A DNA stretch of 64,000 bases from Dipteris shenzhenensis (taxonomy: Eukaryota), in NCBI GenBank assembly GCA_047967505.1, contig CM106538.1; one strand, 5' to 3'. Below are positions 54,024 to 63,300 of this stretch, piece after piece. Under the pieces are notes generated by a model that was given only the letters and a program-made list of their open reading frames with translations, did not search any database and was not told where the DNA came from. The position numbers and the translations under genes were made by a program. Numbering within the stretch: position 1 is the first letter of the stretch; each line of letters starts with the position of its first letter.

Positions 54024-55871
54024 CTCCTATTCTAATTAACCCCCAAGATGGGCTAGGGGGTTTCAGTCCAGCCCAAAGCCCCCGACCTGGGCCTGCCATT
54101 TAGCCTTGATGGTACTGAGGACGCTACCTCGGAGTTTCAAAAGCTTTGTTACGACTGTGACAGCAGGACAGAGGACCAAACCTCTGAGTTGGGTCCATTA
54201 CTGCTACAGGTTGAAGGTAGGGAGAAGCTCTACAACTACGACAAAGACGACAAGGTGTTGCTAGCGAAGGCACAAAGGAAAGGGCAAGCCTAACAATGGC
54301 AAGTCCAAGAAAGATGACTCTGATGACGAGGACACTTTCAAGAGAAAGTAGAAGAAGAAGTGCTTCTATTGTGACACACATATCTTATCTCATTAACACA
54401 CGGAGATGTCACCAAGAACAACTCTTCAATTACCACATTTGCTTTGGCCTTTGTATCACCGTCTGAATCTGAGTCGGACTCCTTCCTTTTGTTTTCCTCA
54501 TCCACCTTCTTCTTTCTGCAGTCCTTCGCAAAATGTCCTGGCATGTCACAATAGAAGCACTTCTTCTTACGCTTCCTCTTGGAAGTGTCCTCGCCATCAG
54601 AGTTGGCTTTCTTGGACTTGCCACCATTTAGGCCAGCGTAATCCTTCGCCAGCAGCACCTTGTCAAGGGCCTCCGTACACACACGCTTTGCTGCACCTCT
54701 TCCAGGCTGTTGTGCTGCCCATGTGGCAGCCCCTTCTCCACCATGAGTCTCCTGCCCACATGACAGCCAAGATGCTGTCCATGTGGCAGGCCATTCCACC
54801 TATGGTTCACCCCCCCGATGCACTCCTCCCCCGATGCACTCCTCATGTGGGGGCTCACAGATGGGGAGGTGACCATTCCCAACAGAAACAAGCGTGCACA
54901 AGTGTGTGCCGGCATTGCCTCATAGTATAGTGGTGCTTTTGGATGCAAAAGAGAAAGCAAACGATTTTTGAAGCTATAAGCAAGTTTTGCCTTGAAAGTA
55001 AAAGCTTTGTAGGATGATCGCCATCAATTGACTTTTTTTACAATTACAGGTACCATAGCACTCCCTCTAAGGAGGCAATGCTAACAAACAAAGACTGTGT
55101 CATAAACTGCATCGATATCCCTACTACGTTCCTCAATACTTCACAAAAAGTGCATTTTCAATGAAGGCACACCTACATGCGTCAAATTACCTAAAAAGTA
55201 TACTAATGCTCAACAACTCTTACCCCTGAAAAGTAGAACAAACTCAAATTTGAGTACATAACAGTAACATTACCTTGAGGGCTTCTCCACAAATGTAGGC
55301 AATCTGGCGTTCCTCCAATGATTCTTCAGTTGTATTCATCAAGTCTGAGACACTCCCTCCTCCACAATACTCCATCACAATCTGTTACAATCAAGCTTAC
55401 TTTCTGAACGTCAATACTGCTAAAAAGGTATGGAATTAAGGTAAAGAAAATAGAACTAAGATCAAGCAAAATCAACCTATACCCAAAGATATTCTTCTCC
55501 TTGATAACTACCCAAGTAGCGAACAACGTTTGGATGGTTACACTGTTGCAGCATTTCGATTTCTCCACAAATGTCCTCATAACCTTCTTCCTGGCATTAA
55601 ATACAATCAGTAAAAAGTAAAATAATTATAATAAAACATACAACTATGATAATAATGACAAAAGAATCCATGCACCTCTCCACTCAAAGGAATGACAAGA
55701 ACACAGAAGTGTAAATGAAACTTATTTAGATTTTCTAATTGGTCCAAATTGACAGATTAACAGGTAGAAACCATGTGCTCACCCCTTCACTCAAGGAAAT
55801 GACTTTGATTGCAACCAATTCTGATGTTTTCAGGTCTCTAGCCTTGTACACAGCTCCATACGATCCTTTCC
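11531..55871 (-). CDS. SIK1: SIK1/MAP4K3-like STE20 (Hippo-type) Ser/Thr kinase; 15 internal exons, gene incomplete at both ends in this window
   Basis: All exons have GT-AG borders with matching phases. The spliced product reads [10 protein letters not shown]...VAIK...MEYCGGGS...[11 protein letters not shown]...DFGVAAQL...GTPHWMAPE...DVWSLG...[12 protein letters not shown]...[29 protein letters not shown], which I recognise as plant SIK1 (Arabidopsis At1g69220) kinase and C-terminal motifs. Confidence 0.93.
11880..12129 (-). CDS. SIK1: SIK1-like exon, linker to conserved C-terminal domain
   Basis: 250 nt, phase 2 to 0; PRNVTLLEP...[10 protein letters not shown]. Confidence 0.88.
12252..12405 (-). 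CDS. SIK1: SIK1-like exon, linker
   Basis: 154 nt, phase 1 to 2; [14 protein letters not shown]...GQTLEI(K). Confidence 0.82.
12506..12662 (-). CDS. SIK1: SIK1-like exon, variable linker
   Basis: 157 nt, phase 0 to 1; QWSWEKGK...YGGTVLIK...EGELK. Confidence 0.82.
12933..13082 (-). CDS. SIK1: SIK1-like exon, end of kinase domain and linker
   Basis: 150 nt; [25 protein letters not shown]...GLSPSQ. Confidence 0.88.
13319..13400 (-). CDS. SIK1: SIK1-like exon, subdomain XI
   Basis: 82 nt; (W)[27 protein letters not shown]; donor gtaagt. Confidence 0.94.
14297..14570 (-). mobile_element. Short diverged 3'-end copy of LINE family A
   Basis: gaaaagaaaagaaag tail plus ggaagaccgatgggtct...gctactaaacgagca matches 7830-7950. 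Confidence 0.8.
16055..18400 (-). pseudogene. Longest open segment of copia 1 polyprotein (knuckle, protease, integrase, RT start)
   Basis: 781-aa ORF in the track. It is separated from gag by a 22-bp duplication at about 18354-18397 and from the rest of RT by frameshifts near 16050 and 15750. Confidence 0.9.
20121..20132 (-). promoter_or_regulatory. Primer-binding site for initiator tRNA-Met, copia 1
   Basis: TGGTATCAGAGC on the minus strand, 1 nt after the LTR end CTACA. Confidence 0.92.
23930..28463 (+). mobile_element. Ty1/copia element 2, same family as copia 1; no 5' LTR or PBS; PPT and truncated 3' LTR
   Basis: Highly similar to the reverse complement of 14690-19150; several stops and frameshifts; PPT 28370-28378; LTR starts TGTAGGCC at 28381 and matches the copia 1 LTR for about 80 bp. 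Confidence 0.95.
28490..29610 (+). mobile_element. RTE-like LINE reverse-transcriptase fragment
   Basis: [12 protein letters not shown]...[18 protein letters not shown]...LIYANDVV...KTKVM...YKYLG (ORF 28532..29161). Confidence 0.88.
29630..30500 (-). mobile_element. Partial LTR and chromodomain scrap from the family of the 38985-45576 gypsy
   Basis: 29650-30415 aligns with LTR 39100-39870; 30435-30495 matches 40105-40165. Confidence 0.88.
31522..31577 (-). CDS. SIK1: SIK1-like exon, subdomain X
   Basis: 56 nt; [18 protein letters not shown](W). Confidence 0.93.
31870..31905 (-). CDS. SIK1: SIK1-like micro-exon
   Basis: 36 nt; [12 protein letters not shown]. Confidence 0.92.
32103..32147 (-). 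CDS. SIK1: SIK1-like exon, subdomain IX
   Basis: 45 nt; [15 protein letters not shown]. Confidence 0.93.
32357..32419 (-). CDS. SIK1: SIK1-like exon, P+1 loop and APE
   Basis: 63 nt; [21 protein letters not shown]. Confidence 0.93.
32760..33515. repeat. Diverged tandem duplication, unit about 380 bp; partial third copy at 56194-56429
   Basis: aaccataa(a)ctccatca.gcatagc starts at about 32760 and 33141; both units end agagaataca.(g)aaacaaccat. Confidence 0.88.
33700..34229. repeat. Tandem duplication, unit about 265 bp
   Basis: tattgggctagggccaagcatagc...gcatattcctttgg occurs twice (about 33700 and 33968). Confidence 0.92.
34690..35480 (+). pseudogene. Degenerate copia fragment from a different family (integrase end to RT start)
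   Basis: [48 protein letters not shown]...[12 protein letters not shown]. Confidence 0.85.
35787..36025. repeat. Tandem duplication, 120-bp unit
   Basis: cagtag.aatcttccttgattgctg...gttcttc occurs twice (35787 and 35907). Confidence 0.9.
36107..38094 (+). mobile_element. ORF1-only L1-like retroelement (HAL1-like), degenerate, inside a (GT)n microsatellite
   Basis: PWDP...[11 protein letters not shown]...IRICV plus a frameshifted CYRC..GHFACAC knuckle typical of plant L1 ORF1; stop at 37870; AATAAA at 38069; A10 at 38085-38094; (GT)n on both flanks. Confidence 0.72.
38985..39974 (-). repeat. 3' LTR of the gypsy chromovirus, 990 bp
   Basis: Direct repeat of 44589-45576; adjacent to the PPT. 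Confidence 0.96.
44589..45576 (-). repeat. 5' LTR of the gypsy chromovirus, 988 bp
   Basis: Followed on the minus strand by the tRNA-iMet PBS TGGTATCAGAGC at 44576-44587. Confidence 0.96.
45577..46400. pseudogene. Older gypsy integrase-tail (+) and chromodomain (-) remnants with a 70-bp tandem duplication
   Basis: YGP..KLWLP..W..H..FHVSWLK at about 45655-45755; [15 protein letters not shown] at about 46270-46320 resembles [15 protein letters not shown]; duplication at 46144-46283. Confidence 0.6.
48636..48688 (-). CDS. SIK1: SIK1-like exon, DFG and activation loop
   Basis: 53 nt; (G)[17 protein letters not shown]. Confidence 0.95.
48846..48936 (-). CDS. SIK1: SIK1-like exon, catalytic loop
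   Basis: 91 nt; [30 protein letters not shown](G); donor gtaag. Confidence 0.95.
49600..49730 (-). mobile_element. Short 3'-end fragment of LINE family B next to (AG)n
   Basis: Reverse complement taggcccgtgaggcctcctagagacgttaaaaaatattt matches 5104-5140. Confidence 0.65.
50417..53300 (-). mobile_element. RTE-X-like LINE family A, copy 3; 5'-truncated, RT present but degenerate
   Basis: (GAAA)n tail 50417-50447; RTCTLC...[14 protein letters not shown] near 52220; [32 protein letters not shown]. Confidence 0.9.
53867..53979 (-). mobile_element. About 113-bp 3'-terminal copy of LINE family B within (GA)n
   Basis: Reverse complement aligns with 5014-5135; (GA)n at 53835-53866 and 53980-54020. 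Confidence 0.85.
54249..54665. pseudogene. Two copia gag zinc-knuckle fragments in inverted orientation
   Basis: [17 protein letters not shown] on the minus strand; 54249-54376 is a diverged reverse complement of 54544-54664. Confidence 0.8.
55274..55381 (-). CDS. SIK1: SIK1-like exon, hinge to subdomain VIa
   Basis: 108 nt; [36 protein letters not shown]. Confidence 0.95.
55483..55590 (-). CDS. SIK1: SIK1-like exon, subdomains III-IV
   Basis: 108 nt; [36 protein letters not shown]. Confidence 0.95.
55783..55871 (-). CDS. SIK1: SIK1-like exon, kinase subdomains I-II
   Basis: cag|...|gtgag, 89 nt; (G)[29 protein letters not shown]. Confidence 0.95.
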
Positions 55872-56193
55872 CTGGTCATCCAAAATGTAGATTTACATAG
55901 TTCCTTGCAAAACTGTTTCTTAAGCTGGAATGGCAAAACCATAACTTTGACGAATGCGGTCGATCCAATTGCAAATATGGAAATTGGCAGCAAGCATTTC
56001 CCGTCATCACTTTGAATTTGTGCGCGTTCATGTTAGCGATTGGGAACATGAAGTATCCATGATTGCAAAGAAGAAAAGTGAAAGGTTAACACACAAAGAA
56101 GAAGAAGAAAATAGTTTATTATTGCCTTTACAAGACCAAAAAAGATCTATGAGGAAAAAAATATATATGAGAATAATTTACTGCGAAAGCCTA

Positions 56194-56429
56194 TACCTAG
56201 ATGAATCCAGGAACATTCCCAAACTCGTCCTCTAAAAACACAACATAGTGCAGTTTCAATCTCATGAGAGTCACTCATAAGATTGAGAACCATAAACTCC
56301 ATCATGCATAGCAGGGACTAGCTACTATGACATCCCCACTGACGTCATCAGCGCCCAACAGTGGGTGTAGACCATAGTATAAAAGTATGCTCTCACACAT
56401 ACAAATCCACACACCCACACATACTTGAA
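56194..56429 (+). mobile_element. Short non-coding insertion flanked by a 22-bp direct repeat
   Basis: aataatttactgcgaaagccta at 56172-56193 and 56430-56451; body matches 32667-32890. Confidence 0.8.
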
Positions 56430-57387
56430 AATAATTTACTGCGAAAGCCTAATTATAGAGGACTGTCTCTATGACAATATAATGAAAAGAGTCTAGAACC
56501 ATGCGCAAAGCATGCAAGAGATGAACACTTATATAGTGTGGGCACTTGACGAGACCATCTCAATTCAACATCTATCTTGTTTAACCAAACAAATCAACCC
56601 TTGCTTGGATAACTACAAGCATCCTCAGCCATCTAAGCTGTAATGAAGGGGAGGTATCCTCTCCACTATGATAACACATCCCGAACCACGTCCTCCATTC
56701 CATGGAAGAGCAACAACTCCACTCCTGCCGTATGGGCATAAAACTTAAAAGTACAATGTAGGAGAACCTAGATTGGGGAGGGATCTTCTGTCCTCTGTTT
56801 TCACTGCCAAATTGAAGGGTGAAAGCAGGAGGGGGAGGTGATTTTGGGTCTCACAAGGTTACATGGGAGAACTGCTGGACCAGATCCCCTAGACTTGCAG
56901 TCTGTCAGCCAACCTGACCACAAACTGGGCCGGCCCAGTCTGTGCATAATCTGCTGGCCGATTCTGGCACTGGCCTGACCCTGTGGCAGGACTGCCAACT
57001 GCAGTTTGTGTACTTCCTGTTGTACTGCCAACCAGTACCGTACCTGTTGTACTATTGTTGCCCCAGCCTCTACAGCTGACCACTGTATCTGCAGTCTATA
57101 CTGCCACTCAGCGGTCTGCTCTGCTACCACTTGCAGTCCTGTGCACAAACCTTCTTGCTGGTGCTTCCTGCCGCTGCCTTTCCCAGCCCTGCCTCCCTTT
57201 AACAGGTCCTAGCACCAATATTGCTAGAGGTGTCAAGCCTCGATGCACTTCTCAGTTGGGAGTAATGGCGCATTGGCCCTATTTATCCAACAAGAAGAGC
57301 AGAGGGAGCCCGAGAGGTTGAGAGTTCTGGCAAGAGCAGAAGTCCAGAGCCTAGCTGGGTTCATACTACAGTCTCTAGGAGAGCCTA

Positions 57388-60300
57388 TGTCATGTGCACG
57401 GATTGGTATCTGACATGTACTGGGTACACAAGACTAGCTCAAGTAGCCTGGGGAGGCTTAGGGCTAGGTAGGCTTGATTCTCGGGTTGAATGGCAAGGGT
57501 ACAAACCAATTAGGGGTCTTCGCTAGTTTTGGTGCATGGGGCCTGAATCTATATAAGGGGCCCAAAGGTTCAATTCTCGGAGAGCTGATGGGAGCAAGTC
57601 TCGTTCCCAGGTGCTAGATCTGATCCTGGATTGAGTCGAGGACACACGCCTGCATCATAGCGTAGCCCAAGGCCCAACAACAGATCCCGGGTTTCATAGC
57701 GCCACCTGGTGGTATGGGACACCAGACTGGTTAGGATCGGGTTGGGAGTTCGTGCCAATAGCTCAGCTTGTGGCTCAGAGGGGACATCTCCTGATTCAGG
57801 ATCGCATCCCATAGATGTCATGGTTGGGTGGTGAGCAGCCTGCTCAGTTTCCTCATGTTTGGAGTGTTCTTGTGTTTGCTTGTAGATTAGAGGTTTCAGG
57901 AGTGCTGGGGTCGTGTCAGTTGGTATCAGAGCCAACTCTTGAGGTAGGAATCCCTGTTACGAGAAATCTGGACGAATTTTTCTCCAGGTATGCCTCAATT
58001 TCGAAATTCATGTTCATGCCCTGCAAGTGCTTGATTGGTTCATTGTTAAGGGTTGTGATTTAGGACTGGGAAAGAAGGAAGGAGAAAGAGAGAGAGGGTG
58101 AATTCGGGGCTGATAAGAGGGGTGAGGTGAGAGAGAGTGAGAGATGTAGCATGGAGAGAGTGGAGAGGATTGTAGGAGAGGCATGAGAGGAGCCGCTAGG
58201 CTAGCGATGGGCTGAGAAGAACCCTAGGTGATCCCGTGTACGATCTGCGCAGAGGTTAGGTGGCGCCATGCAGGAGAGTGTAGAGGGGTGCGCCATAGGC
58301 TGGAGCAGGATTGCGGCAAGGCTACTGTTTCGGGGAGGCTAGATGCTAAAAAAGCCACCACCCCTAGGCTTTCTTAGAAAGCTAAGCTTTCTAAAAGCTG
58401 TACCTTTCACTTTATAGCTTGACGAAACCATAGCTCTGCCCCAGCTTATGATTGTGCGCACGTGAAGATCCCTCCACGCCTTTATTGCGAATCTCGTCAC
58501 TTGGTACGGCCTGCAGCATACGTCCATATGGCACAGCCAGCAACGGGTGGTATCCTGGTTCACTGACTCGAGCTGATCGTCAACTTCGTACCTCTTTCCA
58601 TCGGCCAACCTCTCTTCTCATTCGTCACCTCCTATCTGGCCAGCTTTCCTTCTGCTCCACTCTCCTAGCTCCGATCCCATCTGTTGCTTCTCTTCTCTAA
58701 GTTTACTCCCTTCATCAGATCAGATTTCAGATATGTCTGCTTCCATAGACCCAGGGCTCGCTATGGGTGATCAGGATATGAACTACCGTGCCGATGATGA
58801 CCAGGGCCTCTACGATGATTTGATTACGAAGACTGCCTTCAATGAATTCACCACTGCTCTCAATAAAAAGTTTGAGCGAGTTAATACAAATCAAACGGGG
58901 TTGACATAGCAACTCCAAGGGATTCAGAGTTCACTCTCACTTTTGACTAGCACTATTCACGTGCTGATGCCTTGGCTTCAGTGTCAGGTCCGAATATCAC
59001 TCCAGATCCTTTTCCCAGAGATCAGAAGTCTCGTACCAAGGAGGTGGTTGACACTTGGTTGCATAATGGCAAGTACACTTCCAGTTTCACCCTTACCCAG
59101 ATGACAAGAATATGCAACTTGCAGCAAGGTATATGTCAGGGAAGGCTTTATTGTGGTGGAAGGAACTGACCAAAGCCTGTAACATGGATAGAATTCGAAG
59201 AGGTCTTCAGGAAAGAGTTTTTGAAAAAGGAGGAAGATTACGATATCGTAGGCAAGCTCAAAGCCCTCAATATGTCCAAGCTGAATTTGACTTTTGAGAT
59301 TTATCTTCGGAGGTTTCGGGATTTGCAGACCAGAGCTACAAAGATGGATCCAGTGACCTTGTTAGGTTTCTTTGTGGATGGTTTGCCTGACTCGTACAAG
59401 CTTCAAATTAAGAACAAGTGTACCACTTTGCAAGAGGCCATGAACTATGCGCGCATCTATGATGATACCATGGCCAGCGCAAAGGAAACCACCATTGCCG
59501 ACACGAGTGGGAAGAACAAGCAAAAATTCTTCCGGTCTACCACTAGTACAAGGGAGTCGAAGTCTATAGACAACGCTTCCAAGAAGAACTCGACTCAGGC
59601 AAAAAATGGTCGTGCCCGTTTCCTCCGCACATTGAAGTTAAAGAAAGGGAGCCGACACGAGTGGGAAGAACAAGCAGAAATTCTTCCGGTCTACCACTAG
59701 TACAAGGGAGTCGAAGTCTATAGACAACGCTTCCAAGAAGAACTCGACTCAGGCAAAAAAGGGTCGTGCCCGTTTCCTCCGCACATTGAAGTTAAAGAAA
59801 GAGAGCCGTTGCTTCATATGCGAGGAGCGGGGCCACACTCGGAATGATTGTCCTAAGCGCAATAACCAAATGCAAGCGCCGGGACCGAAGCTCCATGCAG
59901 GTCCAGGTACCAAAACTAAGGGAGCTAATCAAGTTTTGATGACAAGTATTTCTATAAATATCATTACCTACCCACTTTCTTGTAATTGCACTTTTAATGA
60001 TTCGTTATTTGGTTCCCATGATCTTTTCCCAGTTTATGGAGGAGTAAGAGACCAAAGAGTTCACATTCTCTTTGACCCGGGCAGCTCTCACAATTTTGTT
60101 AATTACAAACTTGTGCAGAGGATGGAGCTGTCCATGATACCTAGCAATCACACCTACAAGGTACAACTTCCAACTGAGACGCAGTTTTGGGATCGCAAGA
60201 TTGAGGCACTTTCTATCCGGATTCAAGACTACACAGCTGCTCTTAAGTGCTATGTCATGCACGTGGAACATGTGGACTTGTTAATCGGAATAGAGTGGTT

Positions 60301-63300
60301 TAAAACCTAATCGGAATAGAGTGGTTTAAAACCCACGATATTCGGATTCGATGAAAAGAGCATACACTCTCTTTTTGGGATAAGGACACCCAATTTTGTA
60401 TTCAGTGTCATAATATTCCGTCTTCTCATCGGAATATAATAAACACTTCTCATTATGATGTGTATCAGTGTGTTTTGATTCCGCTTTCTTCATTTGTTGT
60501 CTCTGTTAATAACAAAATTGATTTAAGCGTGTTTGAACACCATGAATTAAGAACATTGTGGAAGGTTTACCTCCAGAACGGGCAATAGATCATCGCATAG
60601 ATTTAGTATTGGGGCTCAATCTATTAGTATTCCACCTTATAGGATGAGCCAACTTGAGGAGGATGGTAGCTTGGGGAGGCTTAGGGCTAGGCAAGCTTGA
60701 TTCTCGGGTTGAGTAGCAAGGGTACGAACCAGTTAGTATCTTTGCTATTTTTGGTGCATGGGGCCCAAGTCTATATAAGGGGCCCAGAGGTTCAATTCTC
60801 GGAGAGCCGATGGGAGCAAGTCTCGTTCCCAAGTGCTAGGTCTGGAGTGAGTCGCAGACGCGCAACTGCATCATAGCGTAGCCCAAGGCCCCAGCAGCAG
60901 ATCCCAGGCTTCACAGCTACAAGATTATCTAAATATGGGCTATATTCGCTCGAGTACATCACCTTGGGGAGCACCTGTCCTCTTAAGAAAGAAGAAAGAT
61001 AGTTCGTGGAGAATGTATATAGATTATAAACGATTGAATAAAGTGACAATTAAGAATCGATACCCTCTTCCTCGTTTCGATGATTTGATAGACCGTTTCG
61101 CCAGAGCGCAGTATTTCACTAAGATTGATTTACGTATGGGTTATCACCAAATCCGTATCTATGCTAAACACACAGATAGAACCGCATTCCGAACTAAGTA
61201 TGGCCACTACGAGTTTCTCGTATTACCTTTTGGTTTGACCAATGCTCCTGCCACCTTCCAGCAAATGACGAATGATTTGTCCTGAGATTTTCTCGGCAAA
61301 TTCGTTATCGTGTTCTTAGATGACATCTTGGTATATAGCCGAACGCTAGAGGATCACATTGGACACCTCCGGATTGTCTTAGTTATACTAAGACAGCATA
61401 AGCTTTATGCCAAGATGAATAAATGTGACTTCTTTATGAAGGAGATCATTTACTTAGGACACAAGATTTCTTCTGAAGGTATTAGCATTGATATGAATCA
61501 TATCCAGAAGGTTTTAGAATGGCCTATCCCTCAGACTGTGAAACAACTTCGTTCTTTCCTAGGATTCACGGTTTTTCTACGGAAATCTGTGCATGATTAT
61601 TCACACATCAAGGCACCCCTGACAAACATATTGAAAGATCGTGGACGTAGGTCTACCCAGCCAATCTCTTGGAATGATGCATTGAACAAGGCTTTTGAAA
61701 CCTTGAAGTTAACTATCAAGAAAGCACCCGTTCTTGCATTACCCGATCCTAACCGGCCTTATGTTTTAGAGGCCGATGCGAGTGATTTTGCAATTGGGAC
61801 AGCTTTATTCCAAGAGGCCAGGCCTGTAGCTTTTGAGAGTAAGAAGCTAGACGACACCCAATATCGTTCGCCCACAGTAGAAAAATAACTCTATGCGGTT
61901 GTGTATGCTCTGAAGGTTTGGAGACATTACTTGTATGGTTCGAAGTTTCTTGTATTGATCGATCACCAGTCAATCAAGTATGTGTGTGACGGGTCTGAAT
62001 TGAGGGCACGGAAGGCTAGATGGGCAGAGTTAATGCAAGATTTTGATTTTGAAATACGTTATCGAAAGGGTTCGCTTTATGAAAATATCCTCAGTCCTAT
62101 TTCAATCCTTGAGAGGGCTTTGCGCAACTGATAGTCATTTCAATTCTTATTGGCAGAAAGTCCAGGATGGGAGCTCCATGATTGACCAAGGCTCAGGGAT
62201 TGTGCCACCTACGGTACAAGTGGCAGGAGGTCAATGGATGATTAGGAACGGCTTGTTGTTCCGCAATGGAAAGATATGTGTGCCAAATGTTTCAGATCTT
62301 CGATCCAAGGTTCTCTTGGAGTGTCATGATGCTCCTAGTGCTGGACATCCAGGTATACATAGGACTCTGTCTCTTGTGAAGCATACCTTTTATTGGCCTA
62401 AGATGTGTGCATTTATTGAAAACTATGTGGTAGGTTGCCGGGTTTGTTAGGTTACTAAGGCAGAACGCCTTAGAAGCGCGGGTTTATTACAGCCGTTGCA
62501 AATCTCAGGTAATAAATGGGAAACTATTTCCATGGATTTTATTATAGGGTTGCCAGATGTTTCAGATCTTCGATCCAAGATTCTCTCGGAGTGGAAAGAT
62601 ATGTTCCGGAATGGAAAGATATGTGTGCCAGATGTTTCAGATCTTCGATCCAAGATTCTCTCGGGAGTGTCATGATGCTCCTAGTGCTGGACATCCAGGT
62701 ATACATAGGACTCTGTCTCTTGTGAAGCATACCTTTTATTGGCCTAAGATGCATGCATTTATTGAAAACTATGTGGTAGGTTGCCGGGTTTCCTAGGTTA
62801 CTAAGGCAGAACGCCTTAGAAGCGTGGGTTTATTACAGCCATTGCAAATCCCGGGTAATAAATGGGAAAGTATTTCCATGGATTTTATTATAGGGTTGCC
62901 TAGAACGCGCAAGGGTCATGACTCCATTTGGGTCATAGTGGACCGTCTAACAAGAATGGCTAGATTCTTACCTACTAGAACAACCATCTCAGCTCTTCAG
63001 CTGGCTCACGAGTCTCACGAGTTTGTGGACCATTTGTTTAAGTTGTATAAATTGCCGTCCGACATAGTCAGCAACAACAGGGACTCGAAGTTTATAAGTA
63101 ACTTCTGGACACTTGTTTTTGAGAAGTTGGAAACTACTCTAAGTACGAGTTCCTCAGATCATGCATGATCTAATGGCATACAAAGAAGGTCAACCAATTG
63201 GTTGAAGATATGCTTTGGGCATATGTTTCTACGAGACAGTCTTCATGAGAGTCCTGGTTACAGTCCTTTTATGCTTATGTACGGGTTTCAACCAAAGTCA

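Noticed and set aside
56800-57230. Gln/Tyr-rich ORFs as the N-terminal SIK1 exon
   Set aside because: No donor or sequence leading into the Gly-rich loop as expected for SIK1; looks like low-complexity gag-like debris.
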